The notes: generated by a model not told the origin, from the sequence alone. DNA of 64,000 bases from Priapulus caudatus (GCF_000485595.1 NW_014577092.1:708190-772189); one strand, 5' to 3'; shown: positions 37,155 through 49,529, numbered from the stretch's first letter. Numbers and translations are program-made.

Positions 37155-39667
37155 TATTATACAGTCGTAGCGTCTGTTCTTGATAGCTCACGCCATCAAG
37201 CACGCATAGCAATAGCAATAAATTCATAGAATCTGAGAAGGCGAGAGATCTCTGTCAGTCGTGTCTCATAGGTAACACCGCATGATGGGACTGCCGGTGC
37301 TGAGACAGTGAACATTCACCCGCAATGATCAGCTGCTTTGATTAATACTTGTCTCCAGAAAAAAACCCATCACGGAGCACTCGTTAGATGTCAACAGCGA
37401 CAGTCAACTCTTCGCTTTAGGCTCTCTGTAATGAATTGTCATACACACAGACACACAACGCACGCACGCACGCACGCACGCACGCACATACGCACGCAAG
37501 CACGCGCACACACGCAAGCACCTGCCTCTGTAATATGTCTTCTGCATAAAAGGCATATTTCGTGAAAAAATCCATTTCCCGACATTTCACTATGGTAGAA
37601 AAGCATTGCAGAATTTCTATCGTCTCTAGAATAGACCTTTTCTAATTTTTGTGTTGTGTGATATATATTCGGACTAATTCGTGATATCCACGCAAGTAGA
37701 TGCTCTTTGGACGTCTAGAAAGCATGAAATTCATATTGATCTTGCCCAGAAATTGGTGAATTTCGTCGAGTGACGTAGCCATTGTGACCGGTCCGCGGTT
37801 TTTGTGGGTGAAACGGGATCATTTAGCTATCTGAATTTATCTGATAGCTTTGTCTCTTCTTGTGAGAATGGCTTCTTTTGCTAATATAGTAATTTGAGAG
37901 CGATGTGGACAGGTGAAAAACTCATGTGCTGACGCAAAACCGCCTTTCTATTATAAGGTAGCTATGTATATTAATCTAAATAGCTATCTTAGGCTACTAA
38001 ATGTTAACTATTTGTCATTTCAGTCCCTGTCTTGTGTAAGCGGACACGGCTATGCATTAACCTATTGTTACATGATGTATTATATATAATTGTGTTAACC
38101 ACATTCAGTTGACTAAAGTTACAGTCTCGACTAGAGCATATGAATTTTAAAGGTCATAGATCGCTTTCCGAAATTACTAAATGAAATACTACGATTTGTG
38201 TGGAGTATTGACATGAAAAAATGTACGTTTTTGACAGCGGTATAACACGTGACAACACCCCTACATTGGCCTACATCTCTGTCCATGATCCGGCCATTGT
38301 GTGTCGGATCAATACGGATCAAGTAATAGGAACGTAATCTGGCTTGCTTTGTGACCGTACGTGTCAGCTTAGGGCAAATGCCAGCGGCAAGCAGCTTTTC
38401 ATGGTATACTCATGTAACGGTATAGCATAGATTGCATGACTCACAATTTATTTCTGCGATACGATATAGTTATTATGAGCTATAGGTTACTTCAACTTGG
38501 AACAGTATTGAATTTGCTTACTGTAATTATGTTTCGAATCACCTGTGAGATTGTATGGAATACCAGGTTCAAACTGGTGAAGACCTGGTATTAGACAACG
38601 GGTGACGATAACTAGGGTGTTCCCCCGCACACCGCGCCATCCATCCTTATAATCAGCCCTTCCTTTTTGGAGTCGATAGCAGGAATGAATCGTTCGTGGT
38701 CTCTCATCTATCTCTGCCATCTGTCGCGCTGGCCTCAGCTCCGGGTCACTCATATATATGAATATGAAGTCAATCTATTCATCGGCAATCATCAACAACT
38801 TGTGAAACAACGGCAACAGCTTCCCCTTACGCAACACAATGACTCATCCTGATCGTAGCTTCCTATACTTCTCGAACCGCAATTTCATATATGCTCTGCT
38901 AGCAATTTTCATTCCTCTAGCTCCTGTCTCTCGCATTAGACTGATGTATAGACGTGACTATGCTGTTTCCTGATAATAAGCATCCTATTAAACATTTCAT
39001 TACCTCTTTATATCATCTGTAACTCCACCTATTCCTATGCAAAGAAGGTGCAGTTCTCTATTTAACTATAGATCATCACACTTAATTATTTACCCGATAT
39101 CTATTTTATATATAATATATATATTATATATAATATATATATATATATATATCGGTGTGTGTGCGTGCGTGCGTGCGTGTGGGTGTGTGTGTGCGTGCGA
39201 TGCGTGCGTGTATGTTCATGTGTTTTATGTGGACCTTTTATCTCGTATAGTAGGTATATAGGTCTGTATAGTCTATAGTCTATAGGTCTGTGTATAGGTC
39301 TGTATATAGGTGTTTTTAGTTAAGCAGCTCAAGGTAACAACAAGCAAAAGTCATCACCCCCGACGGCCCCTAGAGAAAGATGTAGACGGCGCAGCGGAAT
39401 GCCTAGCCGAAGTCGCACCGATCGATGTTATGGTGCAGCTTGCTAACCAGTACATCATAAAGGATGTCTTTATTTAAGTTTGGCTTTACGTCAGGTGACA
39501 CGTGACCGTATAAATAGTATTGCAGTTAAAAATACATACTTTATTATTCATAATTATGTCACTAACAGCATCTATGAATTCATACGACGACACACTCTTA
39601 TATCTAAATAAAGTTTGCATAACAATGGTCTGGGTCTGGGCTAGTGAAAGTTAACGTCAGGGCTAGT
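37155..39667 (-). repeat. Inverted partner of 25806-28312
   Basis: Reverse-complement alignment by eye over the whole length. Confidence 0.93.
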
Positions 39668-39781
39668 AGTCGGTTTCCGCCCTATATCTCCTATATGTTG
39701 ACCCTGCAATGTTTAATACTTTGAACTTTTTTCTTGGAAATGTGTTCTATATAGTTAGGAGAGCTGATTTAGCTTGGTTGC

Positions 39782-41335
39782 TACCTGTGCAACGTTGAGC
39801 ATTTCTTGGAATTCAAGATGGCCGCCACCGTCGATCTTGGATTGGTCAATTTTACAATTTGTGATCTCGATGCCCTAGAGTGTCATGCAATACCTCTTTT
39901 AGGGGTTTTCGAGGGCAGGGAGTCCATTTCTGGAGTTATTTTTTAAATATGGGGTCAATGTCAAGGTCAAAATGACGGTGAACGGTCGAAATAAGACACT
40001 TTAATGTAAATTCACTGTTCATAGATAGTATATATAGGCTGACAACTACGACTTGAACATTACAAGACCAAATGGGATGAAAACCACCCACACCATGGTC
40101 ATGGAGTTCACCCAGCATCCTGCCGGCATCATCGAGACAGGAAACATTGGTGTGATGCAGCTCCAAGATCCCCGATCAAGAAACACGAGGTATCTCTTCA
40201 GACATCATAGCCAATCAGGCTATACAGCTGCAGCACTACACAGGACCTTCCAAGCTGAATCCACCTCTGATTCCAATGAAAGCTCTGTCCGAGAAAGAGT
40301 CACAGCTTCAATCCGTGAGTGAGTTTCAGTCAGCGAGCGAGACGCAGCCTGGCTGTCGCAAGTCCATGAGAGTGACAAGCCTGTCGAGTGGGCGGGCTTC
40401 AATGCTCAGCAAGACCGACTAGTGGCGGGCTCTGCCCATAAGCCCAAGACACTGGTGGTGTTTGGACCGATGATCGATTCACTCAGACACCGTTCTGACT
40501 ACGCTCCTGTATCTCGAGAGAGGACTCTCAAAACTTTCGGGATGCAGCTACACCCACCTCTCTGTTGATCTCCAATATATCAGACTGCATGCCTAGTCCA
40601 ATGGAAAGACCCTCCCGCTGCGACCAATCTATACTCTACCCGGGCATGATGCACACTCTCATGCAGTTTCCTGGGTGCTATAGGCTACTGATGAAGGCAT
40701 CTGGGGTGGACGTTCTCATTGAGCGCAGCGTGTTGTGGCATGACCAGATCATCACCGGAAATCAAACACCTGAACAAAGGCTCTACGGGCATACGTCTCA
40801 TCATCGCCGTGTTGCCTGCGAGAGTTTTACTCAAATGTGTGCAAGACATACCAGAGCTGAGTGACTACCTGGAGACAGCCAGAAAAAAACCCAACTGGGG
40901 AGGCTATGGGTGGACTGTCTCATCAAGCGACACTTGCTGACGCTCATGTTCCTGCGTGGAGAGCGGAATGGTGACTTTCTCCTCCCAGCAGCACTGTCTC
41001 AAGGCAATGCTGCCGTATTTCTTCGCAGCAGGTTACCACAATTATGCCGCTACATGAGCTGTATGTGCGACAGATGGAGCACCTCCCGCGTGCCGGGAGG
41101 ACTACTGGCAGGCGCACATGGTCTGTCGGCATTTGATGGCGGCGACGCAGTTCAAGCAGATCAGTTCGACGAACAGACATATATCAAGCGAGGGAAGGGT
41201 GCTGGAGGTATGAAGGGCATATCGACGAGCGCGAGCATGGCTGTGTGGGTCAACAGTTTCAGTGTGTGTGCCCACCTCGACATCGCCATGGAAGATATGT
41301 ACAGTGAAGCTTGGGGATGAGGAGAAGCACGTGGG
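39782..41335 (+). pseudogene. Degraded DDE transposase relic, most similar to AcademX-type DNA transposons; coding remnant about 40035-41330
   Basis: Motifs read across frameshifts: ADNYDLNITRPNGMKTTH, LYPGMMHTLM, LMKASGVDVLI, RLWVDCLIK, FLRGERNGDFLL, MLPYFFAAG.HNY.RY, ADQFDEQTYIKRGKGAGGMKGISTS, VWVNSFSVCAHL. Subterminal-type motifs CAAGATGGCCGCC and TCAAGGTCAA lie upstream. The superfamily call is from motif recall. Confidence 0.7.
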
Positions 41336-41582
41336 CTTTTAAATGAATAAATAAGAAATACCCTCGGTCTGTAGCCCTTGGCTGGAAAGTGGTTTTGCGC
41401 AACTTCTCAGATCGTGCGCCTTGAGTGGCGCCACCGTCGTTGTAATCAAACTGTATTCGTTAGTTTTAAAACATTAAAAAAAAATATTTCTAATGGTGAT
41501 TGAACCATGAAACTTTTTATGTAGCGCAATTATAACCTAAATTAGCTGAAAATAACCCTAGAACCTAGAGGCTACTGTTCCT
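41336..41582 (-). mobile_element. Left half of a Kolobok MITE (reverse orientation) truncating the transposase relic
   Basis: Reverse complement of 42510-42755; terminus CCTAGAGGCTACTGTTCCT|TTAA at 41582. Confidence 0.85.
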
Positions 41583-42509
41583 TTAACTTAACATTTAATA
41601 AACAGCTAGTGTTTGTAATAGGCACTTAATCGATCGCAATTAAAGGCATAATAAGCCCATTGATTATGCAATGTTGACGAATGCTAGAGTATAACTGGCA
41701 CCTTGTGTAGTTAATAAGTACATAACCTTATAGCCAAACGCGTATCAGTTTGTCCAATATCACTGCTGGTTACATTACAAACAAGACTTGAAATCGGCTG
41801 TTGATATGTATCAACGTATCATTTACGTGCAGGAAATGTCATCCAGGAGTCAAGCGATGACATAAACATTTGTGCGGCCCGTATGTTTTGGACGCCAGAT
41901 GAAATGGAGGTGTCAGCGGTGTAACCAGGGCCACGGACTAAACATGGAAATGGAGTAAAACACACGTACTAATCACGGACGCACGTGGACAGCCCTGACA
42001 AAAAGTTCCTTATCACGAGCGTCCATATTTACGAAATCACTGATGATAGCATTGCGCACGGTCGAGCATGCGTGCGAAAATGTCTATGCTGCAGCTACAA
42101 ATGTAATAATGTTATAGCTACATAATCTACACTATTAACGAATACTAGAATCACTGACATCTTGCGTCATTAATAAGTATATGACCGTCAAATTCATACG
42201 AGTTCGTACAATTTCACTGCTGGATGTCTTGCAAACAAGACATTTGCCTGCTTTTAATCAACAACCGAGCTAAAACTTTAATCCGAATATTACCCGGCAA
42301 CAAATCTATAAAAATAAATTGTGATCACGTGACTACACTAGTAGAAGTAGCAAATAAATGTGTGTCTCGTCTTTGCTATCCCAAGAGACGAACCGTTGAT
42401 GCGTGGCCTTACCTAGCATGCGTGCGAAAATCTCTGTCACACCTACTTCGACAGTTGCGTTTTAAATTGGAAACAACTGCTGATGTAGGCCTACCTACTA
42501 TTTAGTTAA

Positions 42510-43115
42510 AGGGAACGTTTACTCTAGGTTCTAGGGTTATTTTCAGTTAATTTTGGTTAAAATTACGCTACAAAAAAAGTTTCATGGTTCAATCACCATT
42601 AGAAATATTATTAAAAAATGTTTTAAAACTAACGACTACAGCTTGATTACAACGACGGTCGCGCCACTCAAAGCGCACGATCTGATAAGTTGCGTAAAAC
42701 CACTTTTCAGCCTAGGGCTACAGACCGAGGGTGTTTTTTATTTATTAATTTAAAAGCAAAAGGATTGTAATATCTTATAAACGACATAGAGTTTCAGTTA
42801 TAATATGGATAAATTTGCCATAAAATGAATATCGTTCGGTTAAATAGCATTTAGGTATAAATATAATTGCACTTTTGTGATTAGCACTCGGTCTGTAACG
42901 TGCAAAATAAATTGTCAAATACGCAACTTTTTCGGGGTGGCAGCACGGTCGCGGGTGTCATGGCGCCGTTCAAATTTCGTAGCGTTGATGTGTAATTAAT
43001 TATAACAATTAAATTAGGTAGGGGGCCTATATGGTAACAAATACGTGTGGGTATAGACGATTTGTTATACAATAAGTACAGTTGTATGCAGTAAATCCTA
43101 GAGTCTACTATCCCT
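42510..43115 (+). mobile_element. Full-length Kolobok-type MITE (606 bp)
   Basis: TTAA TSD (42506-42509, 43116-43119). Imperfect TIRs AGGGAACGTTTACTCTAGG and CCTAGAGTCTACTATCCCT. Two further partial copies occur in the window. Confidence 0.87.
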
Positions 43116-43210
43116 TTAAGCTTTGTATTAGTAACCAGTCGTAAAATTGGACAACCTAATATGAATCTGGCGGTAAGATCATGCACTAATGTGTCAGTTA
43201 ATGTAATCGA

Positions 43211-43459
43211 CACAATGTGTCAGTTATTCTAATAATCTTCAACAATGCGGATTAGATAGCCAGAATTCTTGTTTTATTAATTGTTTACAGTTAAAAATAG
43301 AACGTCTGTTAAATAAGTTAATCCGCTTAATTAATCAACACAATGCGTCAGTTATTCTAATAATCTTCAACAGTGCGGATCAGATGGCCAGAATTCTTCT
43401 TTTATTGGTTACAGTTAAACAGTAGAACGTCTGTTAAATTAGTTAATCCTCTTAATTAA
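43211..43459. repeat. Tandem duplication of an approximately 128-bp unit (2 copies)
   Basis: CACAATG(T/C)GTCAGTTATTCTAATAATCTTCAACA... at 43211 and 43339. Confidence 0.88.
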
Positions 43460-43499
43460 CTATTATACGTTCTTGGTATGTAAGCTTTGAACACGCAAC

Positions 43500-43868
43500 C
43501 GAGGCAACAGAAGCCGCAGAAGTAACATCAGCGACAACAGCAGCAATTAGCAGCAGCAGCAACAACAGATGCAATAACAGCAGCAACAAAAGCAACAGCG
43601 GCAACAACAATAGCAGTAATAACAGCAACCGTAGCAGCAACAACAGAAACAACCGCAGCAGTAACATCAAAAACAGTAGCAGCGGCGGTAGCCATAGAAG
43701 CAGCAATAGCAGTAATAACAGAAACAGCAGCAGCAAAGACAGCAATAACCGCAGCAGCAGCAACAACAACAACGGAGGCAAGAAAAACAGTAACGACAGC
43801 AACAACAGCCGTGGCAACGGCAGTAGTAACATCAACAACAACAGCAACAACAGCAGCAGCAGCAGTGG

Positions 43869-43899
<31 letters not shown>

Positions 43900-43957
43900 A
43901 ACAACAACATCGGCACCCCCACCCCACCACCAGCAGCAGCAGCAGCAGCAGCAGCAG
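43500..43957. repeat. Degenerate (CAG/CAA)n trinucleotide tract
   Basis: Directly visible; source of the poly-L and poly-V/A ORFs. Confidence 0.93.
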
Positions 43958-44570
43958 TGTAATATACACTGAGATACGCATTGAGCACACGCATTACACA
44001 AAAAATCAGGTGCGGTCGGCCCCAAGTCTCGAGAAGGAAGGTCAGCGATTAAAACTTGCGCTATTTCTCTCATCCTTGTGCTAATCCCTGACCGTGCAGG
44101 CGGGCTTCAAATGTCAGCGCGCTAGATTGCCGAGCCCCGACCACAGCTAGCGAACACATATATTAGCGCAGCCCTGCATGATACGCATCGCAGGAGTCAA
44201 TAGGATGTCGCAACCGGGGTATGAATCTCGTTGCTACTATTTTTACACGAACATAATTCATACTTTTGTAGCGACCACGCACGAATATATATATATATAC
44301 TTATATAATATATATATATATATAATATATTATATATATAATAATATATATATTATATATATATATTAATAATATATATTTAAATATATGATATATATAT
44401 AAATACATATAAATATATAAATTATATTTAAATATAATAACTATATATATGTACATATATCGTGCACGGTGTCCGCACGAAACTACGATTACGTGTAAAA
44501 AATAGTAGCAACGAGATTCATACCCCGCCTGCGGACATCCTATTGACTATATATACAACATACACACACA

Positions 44571-44610
<40 letters not shown>

Positions 44611-44663
44611 CACACACACATGGCACACACACACACACAGCACACACACACAGTATTTATATC

Positions 44664-44706
<43 letters not shown>

Positions 44707-46098
44707 ATATACACACCATCTTCTGCCGGGTACAGGATTTACACAGTCAGTAGAGTCAGACTGTGTAACGCAAATACCTGGCAGTACATGACTGTGTAAC
44801 GATTGGATGCACAAGCAGCCACCTGTGCACGCTAATCGATTCATCACTGGGAACGAAGATTGCAGCACGAAATGGACATGAAAACTGCCAAGTATATTTA
44901 TATTAGTTTTACTCACGAAGCGATCCTTTCTACTAATTAGGTTTATTTTCACTTATTTTTTCTCGTTATTTCATCTATTAACAACAAAACCGTTAATCAT
45001 GCAAAACTGTTCCGACGTTATTTTATACATAATATATACTGTAACAAATTATTTATCATAAACTCGTCGATCAGCGTGTAATTAGCTCGTGAGAAAATAA
45101 CGACATCCAGATAACTCCATTTTAATCAAAAATCATATACAGGCTCAAAGCCTCTCATGTCTCATGTCAAACCTACTTACATAGGCATGTGGTGAGCATT
45201 TTCTTTAGTCACAATTCAAGTTACTAGACGCGTATAATACGAAACAAAACTAAATCACGCTAGAGTCTGAAGAAACTCTTCTACGTAGGCTAAACTCCTG
45301 AGTTACACTACAGCCAGACAGTGTAACCTAGACTGCGCCTCCACCTCTGCGAAACCACTACGAATATGTTTCTTGTAATCTGACAGGCGTAATGTCGAGC
45401 AATTAAAATGTAACTTTAAATTGACTACGTCACGAATTTTCTATGGTGTATATTTGTAAAATGTTTGTTGCAATTTTTTTTACATTAAAAGTAAGGACTA
45501 ACGGCAATAACGGTCTCCTCAAATTCTTACCTGATAAGATTGTTTCTCAACTGTAGTTAAAAATCCAAAAAACCTTGACGATTTGATATATTTATCACGA
45601 AATTAAATGCTTTCTATGGGCTATGTATGAGTCACAAGTGCTTGTTCACATCGAACGAAATAGCAAAATAGGAAGTACAATGCAGCAATTTAACCATAAA
45701 AAGTGAACAGAATCACTTGCATTTCGTGAAAAAGTGGACATAATTATTTTACTTTTACTATCTATGGTGACGTAATCACTTTGAAACCTACAATCATATG
45801 TCTCAGGAGTCGAGTGCCTGCATGCACCCGTGGCGCGCTACCAGCACAGCACGAATCGCATTCTCGCGAGACACGAGACCGATCACCGGTGTAGCGCGAA
45901 ATTTCTGATATGCGAAATTCATGATGCAGTATGCGTATGCGGATGCGTATGCCAGAGTTTGATTGTTTAATTCGCATTATTCGCTTGATTGTTCGCTTGG
46001 ACGCATTGTATTTCTTCTCAGCTCGCATAGCATACTACGATGCGAAATAACAATGCACATTGTTATTGCGCATAACAATGCGCATAAGGTTGAACATA

Positions 46099-46383
46099 AA
46101 GCTAGCAGCACACTTCACCATTTTCGTTGCTCGTACAGGCAATTTTCGTGGTCGGCAATTTTTGTGGCCGTTGCCGCGTCGCAGCACACTTCACCACTAG
46201 TTTCCACCACGAGCAATTTTCGTGGTGAGAAATCAAACCGGTTTGATTCTCGGCAACTCGTGGTCACCACTAAATTTCCGTGGTGAGTGGTCGTTGCCGG
46301 CCCCCGCACACTTGGCCATTTTTGTGGCGACCACGAAAATTGCCTGTACGAGCAACGAAAATGGTGAAGTGTGCTGCCCGCTT
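46099..46383 (+). mobile_element. MITE (285 bp) with approximately 57-bp TIRs, flanked by TA (PIF/Harbinger-like ends)
   Basis: AAGCTAGCAGCACACTTCACCATTTTCGTTGCTCGTACAGGCAATTTTCGTGGTCG pairs with CGACCACGAAAATTGCCTGTACGAGCAACGAAAATGGTGAAGTGTGCTGCCCGCTT. TA at 46097-46098 and 46384-46385. Confidence 0.88.
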
Positions 46384-46919
46384 TAGGTTAACCATGCGCA
46401 AATAAACAATGCGAATTAACAAACGAGCCTACAAGAGGCTCACTTGTAGAGGCTCATGAGATATTATGAGGCATGTCCAAGAACTGATCGATCAAAGACA
46501 AAGGTCGTGTGAATATAACGCTCTCTTCAACGACGCTCCGTGTCGTTTTTGATCAGAATATCAACTATAATCTCTACCTATCAACTCTAAACTCTAACTA
46601 ATATATACATTACAACACAGTTTGTGTTCGTCCAAGTGTACACAACTTATCGTAACACAAAGACGAGCTGTGATTGGTCGGCTCGGCACGCATGCGCATA
46701 CGCATCTTATATCATGTTTTTCGCAGACGTCAGGAATTTCGCGCGACACCGGACCTAATCTACAGCTTCAACTACTTCGAGCATCTGCACACTGGAAGCT
46801 GACACTCAGCCTCCTCATCCGCGAATGATATAATCAAGATGATGCCTATCACTCCCACTTGACACCCAATTAGCTTGACTGCACGCACACCCGCCGAAGT
46901 CCTTTGTTTTATTACTAAA

Positions 46920-47560
46920 CTAGCTGCTGGTACCCGCTGCGCTGGGTAAAATCGTGCTACTAATTCATACTACTAATAATGGGACACAATAGGAACATTG
47001 TGTAAAAATCGACAATAACATTGCACACAATATGAATATTTAGAAATCAGTCTAATAAGATAATAAGCATGGGAAAAGCTCCCCACGTACGGCATGCACG
47101 TATGGCACGTACGGCATGTAACAGCACTGTTACAATTGGGTTGCGGCTTCTTCATTTCAAAGCCTGTTGTGTAAACAATGCAGTTCGTAACCTCTGAACT
47201 GCGCTGTGCTCTGTTTTAGCTCGCGTGGCTCGGTTTCCGGTTTCACAATACCAGCAGTCTGATGGAATAGTGATCGATTTTTTCTCTGTGTGTCAGCACT
47301 AGTACAGTCAGTGCTGAACAAGTGTGTGAAGATTGACGAAATTATTGCAGCGGGTTTTTCACAGGCACTTGTTCTGGGTGAGTTTGGCACGGTTTGGCAG
47401 GTTTTTTTTTCAGCTAGGAACACTCACCGGTATAAGAGATGGCCTCGGTTGAAATTGCACTCCAGATTCGTGGGTGCGTTTGGCGCCTATCAGGGAAGAT
47501 AACAATCATAGATACATTAGATACATAGATAACATACGACACCTCAAATATATACTTAGA
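46920..47560 (-). mobile_element. Non-autonomous Helitron (about 640 bp); mirrored at about 63142-63765, partial copy at 55100-55420
   Basis: The minus strand starts A|TCTAAGTATATA followed by a (TATC/TATG)n microsatellite. It ends with a short GC hairpin ACCCAGCGCAGCGGGT, 8 nt, then CTAG|T. No TSD; inserted between A and T. Confidence 0.72.
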
Positions 47561-47760
47561 TATAACGACGAACGGAATCTCACCAGGAACGTACGCCCGC
47601 TGCTGCTCGTGTCCTGTAGTAAGTAACAACAACGCGCCGTCAATCGTCGAACAATATACGCCAGTTGTCAGGGAGGGGGAAAACAGACACTTGCGCCTGA
47701 GAAAACGAGAACAAATAAATACAAGGCCGTAGCTTCTTTATGGAACCTGATAACATTGTC

Positions 47761-47951
47761 AGGTGGGCATCATGTTTCCATGAACCAAAGTATCCTCTTG
47801 ACGTACACTGACGTCACGCACGAACTTCGGCTATCTCCGAAGTTGAATGCATACAGCCTGCTGATGGTGCTGGTGGTGCCGCATGGTCATCATTCCATAC
47901 ACGCATATCTTGTTCTTCTTGACTTTGGTTCATGGAAACATATGCCCACCT
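47761..47951. mobile_element. Small fold-back element with 30-bp inverted repeats (copies at 55601-55791 and about 62765-62960)
   Basis: AGGTGGGCATATGTTTCCATGAACCAAAGT and ACTTTGGTTCATGGAAACATATGCCCACCT, perfect in the 55601 copy. No TSD was found. Confidence 0.65.
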
Positions 47952-48325
47952 TTCGGCGCCGGTTCCGGTAGGCGCCATATTGTTTTATATTTGAGCAACC
48001 ATCATTTCAATTCGAGTCAATGTGCACTTTCAGATGTCATAACTTTTAAAATAAATCATTTCATGAAATCAAACTTTGTAGTCTAGACAGAGAAGCACAT
48101 CGACTGTTTAATGTTATTAATTTCAGAATTGTTTACCGGTAAACCGTTTTCGAGATAAAACCCAACAAAACGTAATCGAACTAACAGCGACAATCGGCCG
48201 GGTAGTACGGGTTCCCGCCAAATTATCCAGTTCTCGTTGGTCGCTATAGCCTATATATAATCCCAGCCGCTAGGCATCGTCAGTTATCGTCACACCTCAC
48301 TGCGACTTATAGGTAAATATGTTTT

Positions 48326-48672
48326 GTATTTCTCTCGCGACTATCGTACTTGTTATTAGTAGTAATATTTTGACAGCGATGAACATAGATAAACTTACTT
48401 GTACTTACTTGTATTATATTTCATGTATTGATGATTTACGTTTTCGTATTTCTCTTGCGACTATCGTACTTGTTATTAGTAGTAATATTTGACGCGATGA
48501 ACATAGATAAACTTACTTGTACTTACTTGTATTATATTTCATGTATTGATGATTTACGTTTTCGTATTTCTCTTGCGATTATCGTACTTGTTATTAATAG
48601 TAATATTTGACGCGATGAACTTAGATAAACTCACTTTTACTGACTTGAATTATATTACACGTATTAATGATT
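48326..48672. repeat. Tandem array of about 3 x 119-bp AT-rich units (mirrored at about 62045-62395)
   Basis: GTATTTCTCT(C/T)GCGA(C/T)TATCGTACTTGTTATTA... at 48326, 48446 and 48564. Confidence 0.92.
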
Positions 48673-48834
48673 TTTGCAGGAGTATGTCTATGCCTCTATG
48701 GTATGAACTGTACATACAATAAAACTTATCGTCAAACCGTCACTGCGACTTATAGATTCATTTGAGGACCGTGCAACGGGCATCATCGAGCGACAGCGAA
48801 GAGACGCATCACAGTACAACAGTAGTAAATCTGC

Positions 48835-49240
48835 AATGATGACGTATACACACTCAAACGCGTAAACGATGACGAGGTATAAACAATGACGACTTACGCG
48901 CCATGATGACGCATACACACTCATGATGCGTAAATAATAATGACGCGTAAATGATGACGAGGTATAAACAATGATGACGAGGCCAGACGAGGTATAAACA
49001 ATGACGACTTACGCGCCATGACGACGCATACACACTCATGATGCGTAAACGATGATGTCGCGTAAATGATGACAAGGTATAAACAATGATGACGTCCACG
49101 CCATGATGACGCATACACACACACACACACACTCATGACGCGTAAACAATGATGTCACGTGAATGATAACGAGGTATAAACAATGTCGACTTACGCGCCA
49201 TGACGACGCATACACACTCATGACACGTAAACAACGATGA
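48835..49240. repeat. Complex minisatellite built from GACGCATACACACTCATGA, GATGACGAGGTATAAACAAT and GACTTACGCGCCATGA subunits (mirrored at 61465-61880)
   Basis: Visible recurring subunits; source of the repetitive ORFs in the track. Confidence 0.9.
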
Positions 49241-49494
49241 AGCTGAAACAACGATGGCGCGTACTGCAGATAACTCGCCACCGCCCCTCGGAACATTGCA
49301 ATATATGCATAACGGGCGCGTTCAAATTCCAGTGCGAAAACAAGTTGAATGAGGATCGGATAAATCACTGCTCAAATAGAAGCATTCGATCGCCAGATGG
49401 CCCATAATGGAATCGACGCAGTATAGTCAGGTTATGTAGATGAGTTATTATGGAGCTAGGGAGATTGAGAGAAATAGAGAGCGAGAGCGAGAGC

Positions 49495-49529
<35 letters not shown>

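Noticed and set aside
43761..43778. CAACAACAACAACGGAGG, resembling part of the PacBio SMRTbell adapter
   Set aside because: It lies inside a long CAA/CAG tract, is not at an inversion centre, and lacks the rest of the adapter.
43452..44073. Poly-Leu and poly-Val/Ala membrane-protein-like ORFs
   Set aside because: These are the antisense reading of a CAG/CAA repeat, with no splice or domain support.
48326..49240. CRISPR-like array
   Set aside because: The units are contiguous tandem repeats without unique spacers, the context is eukaryotic, and there are no cas genes.
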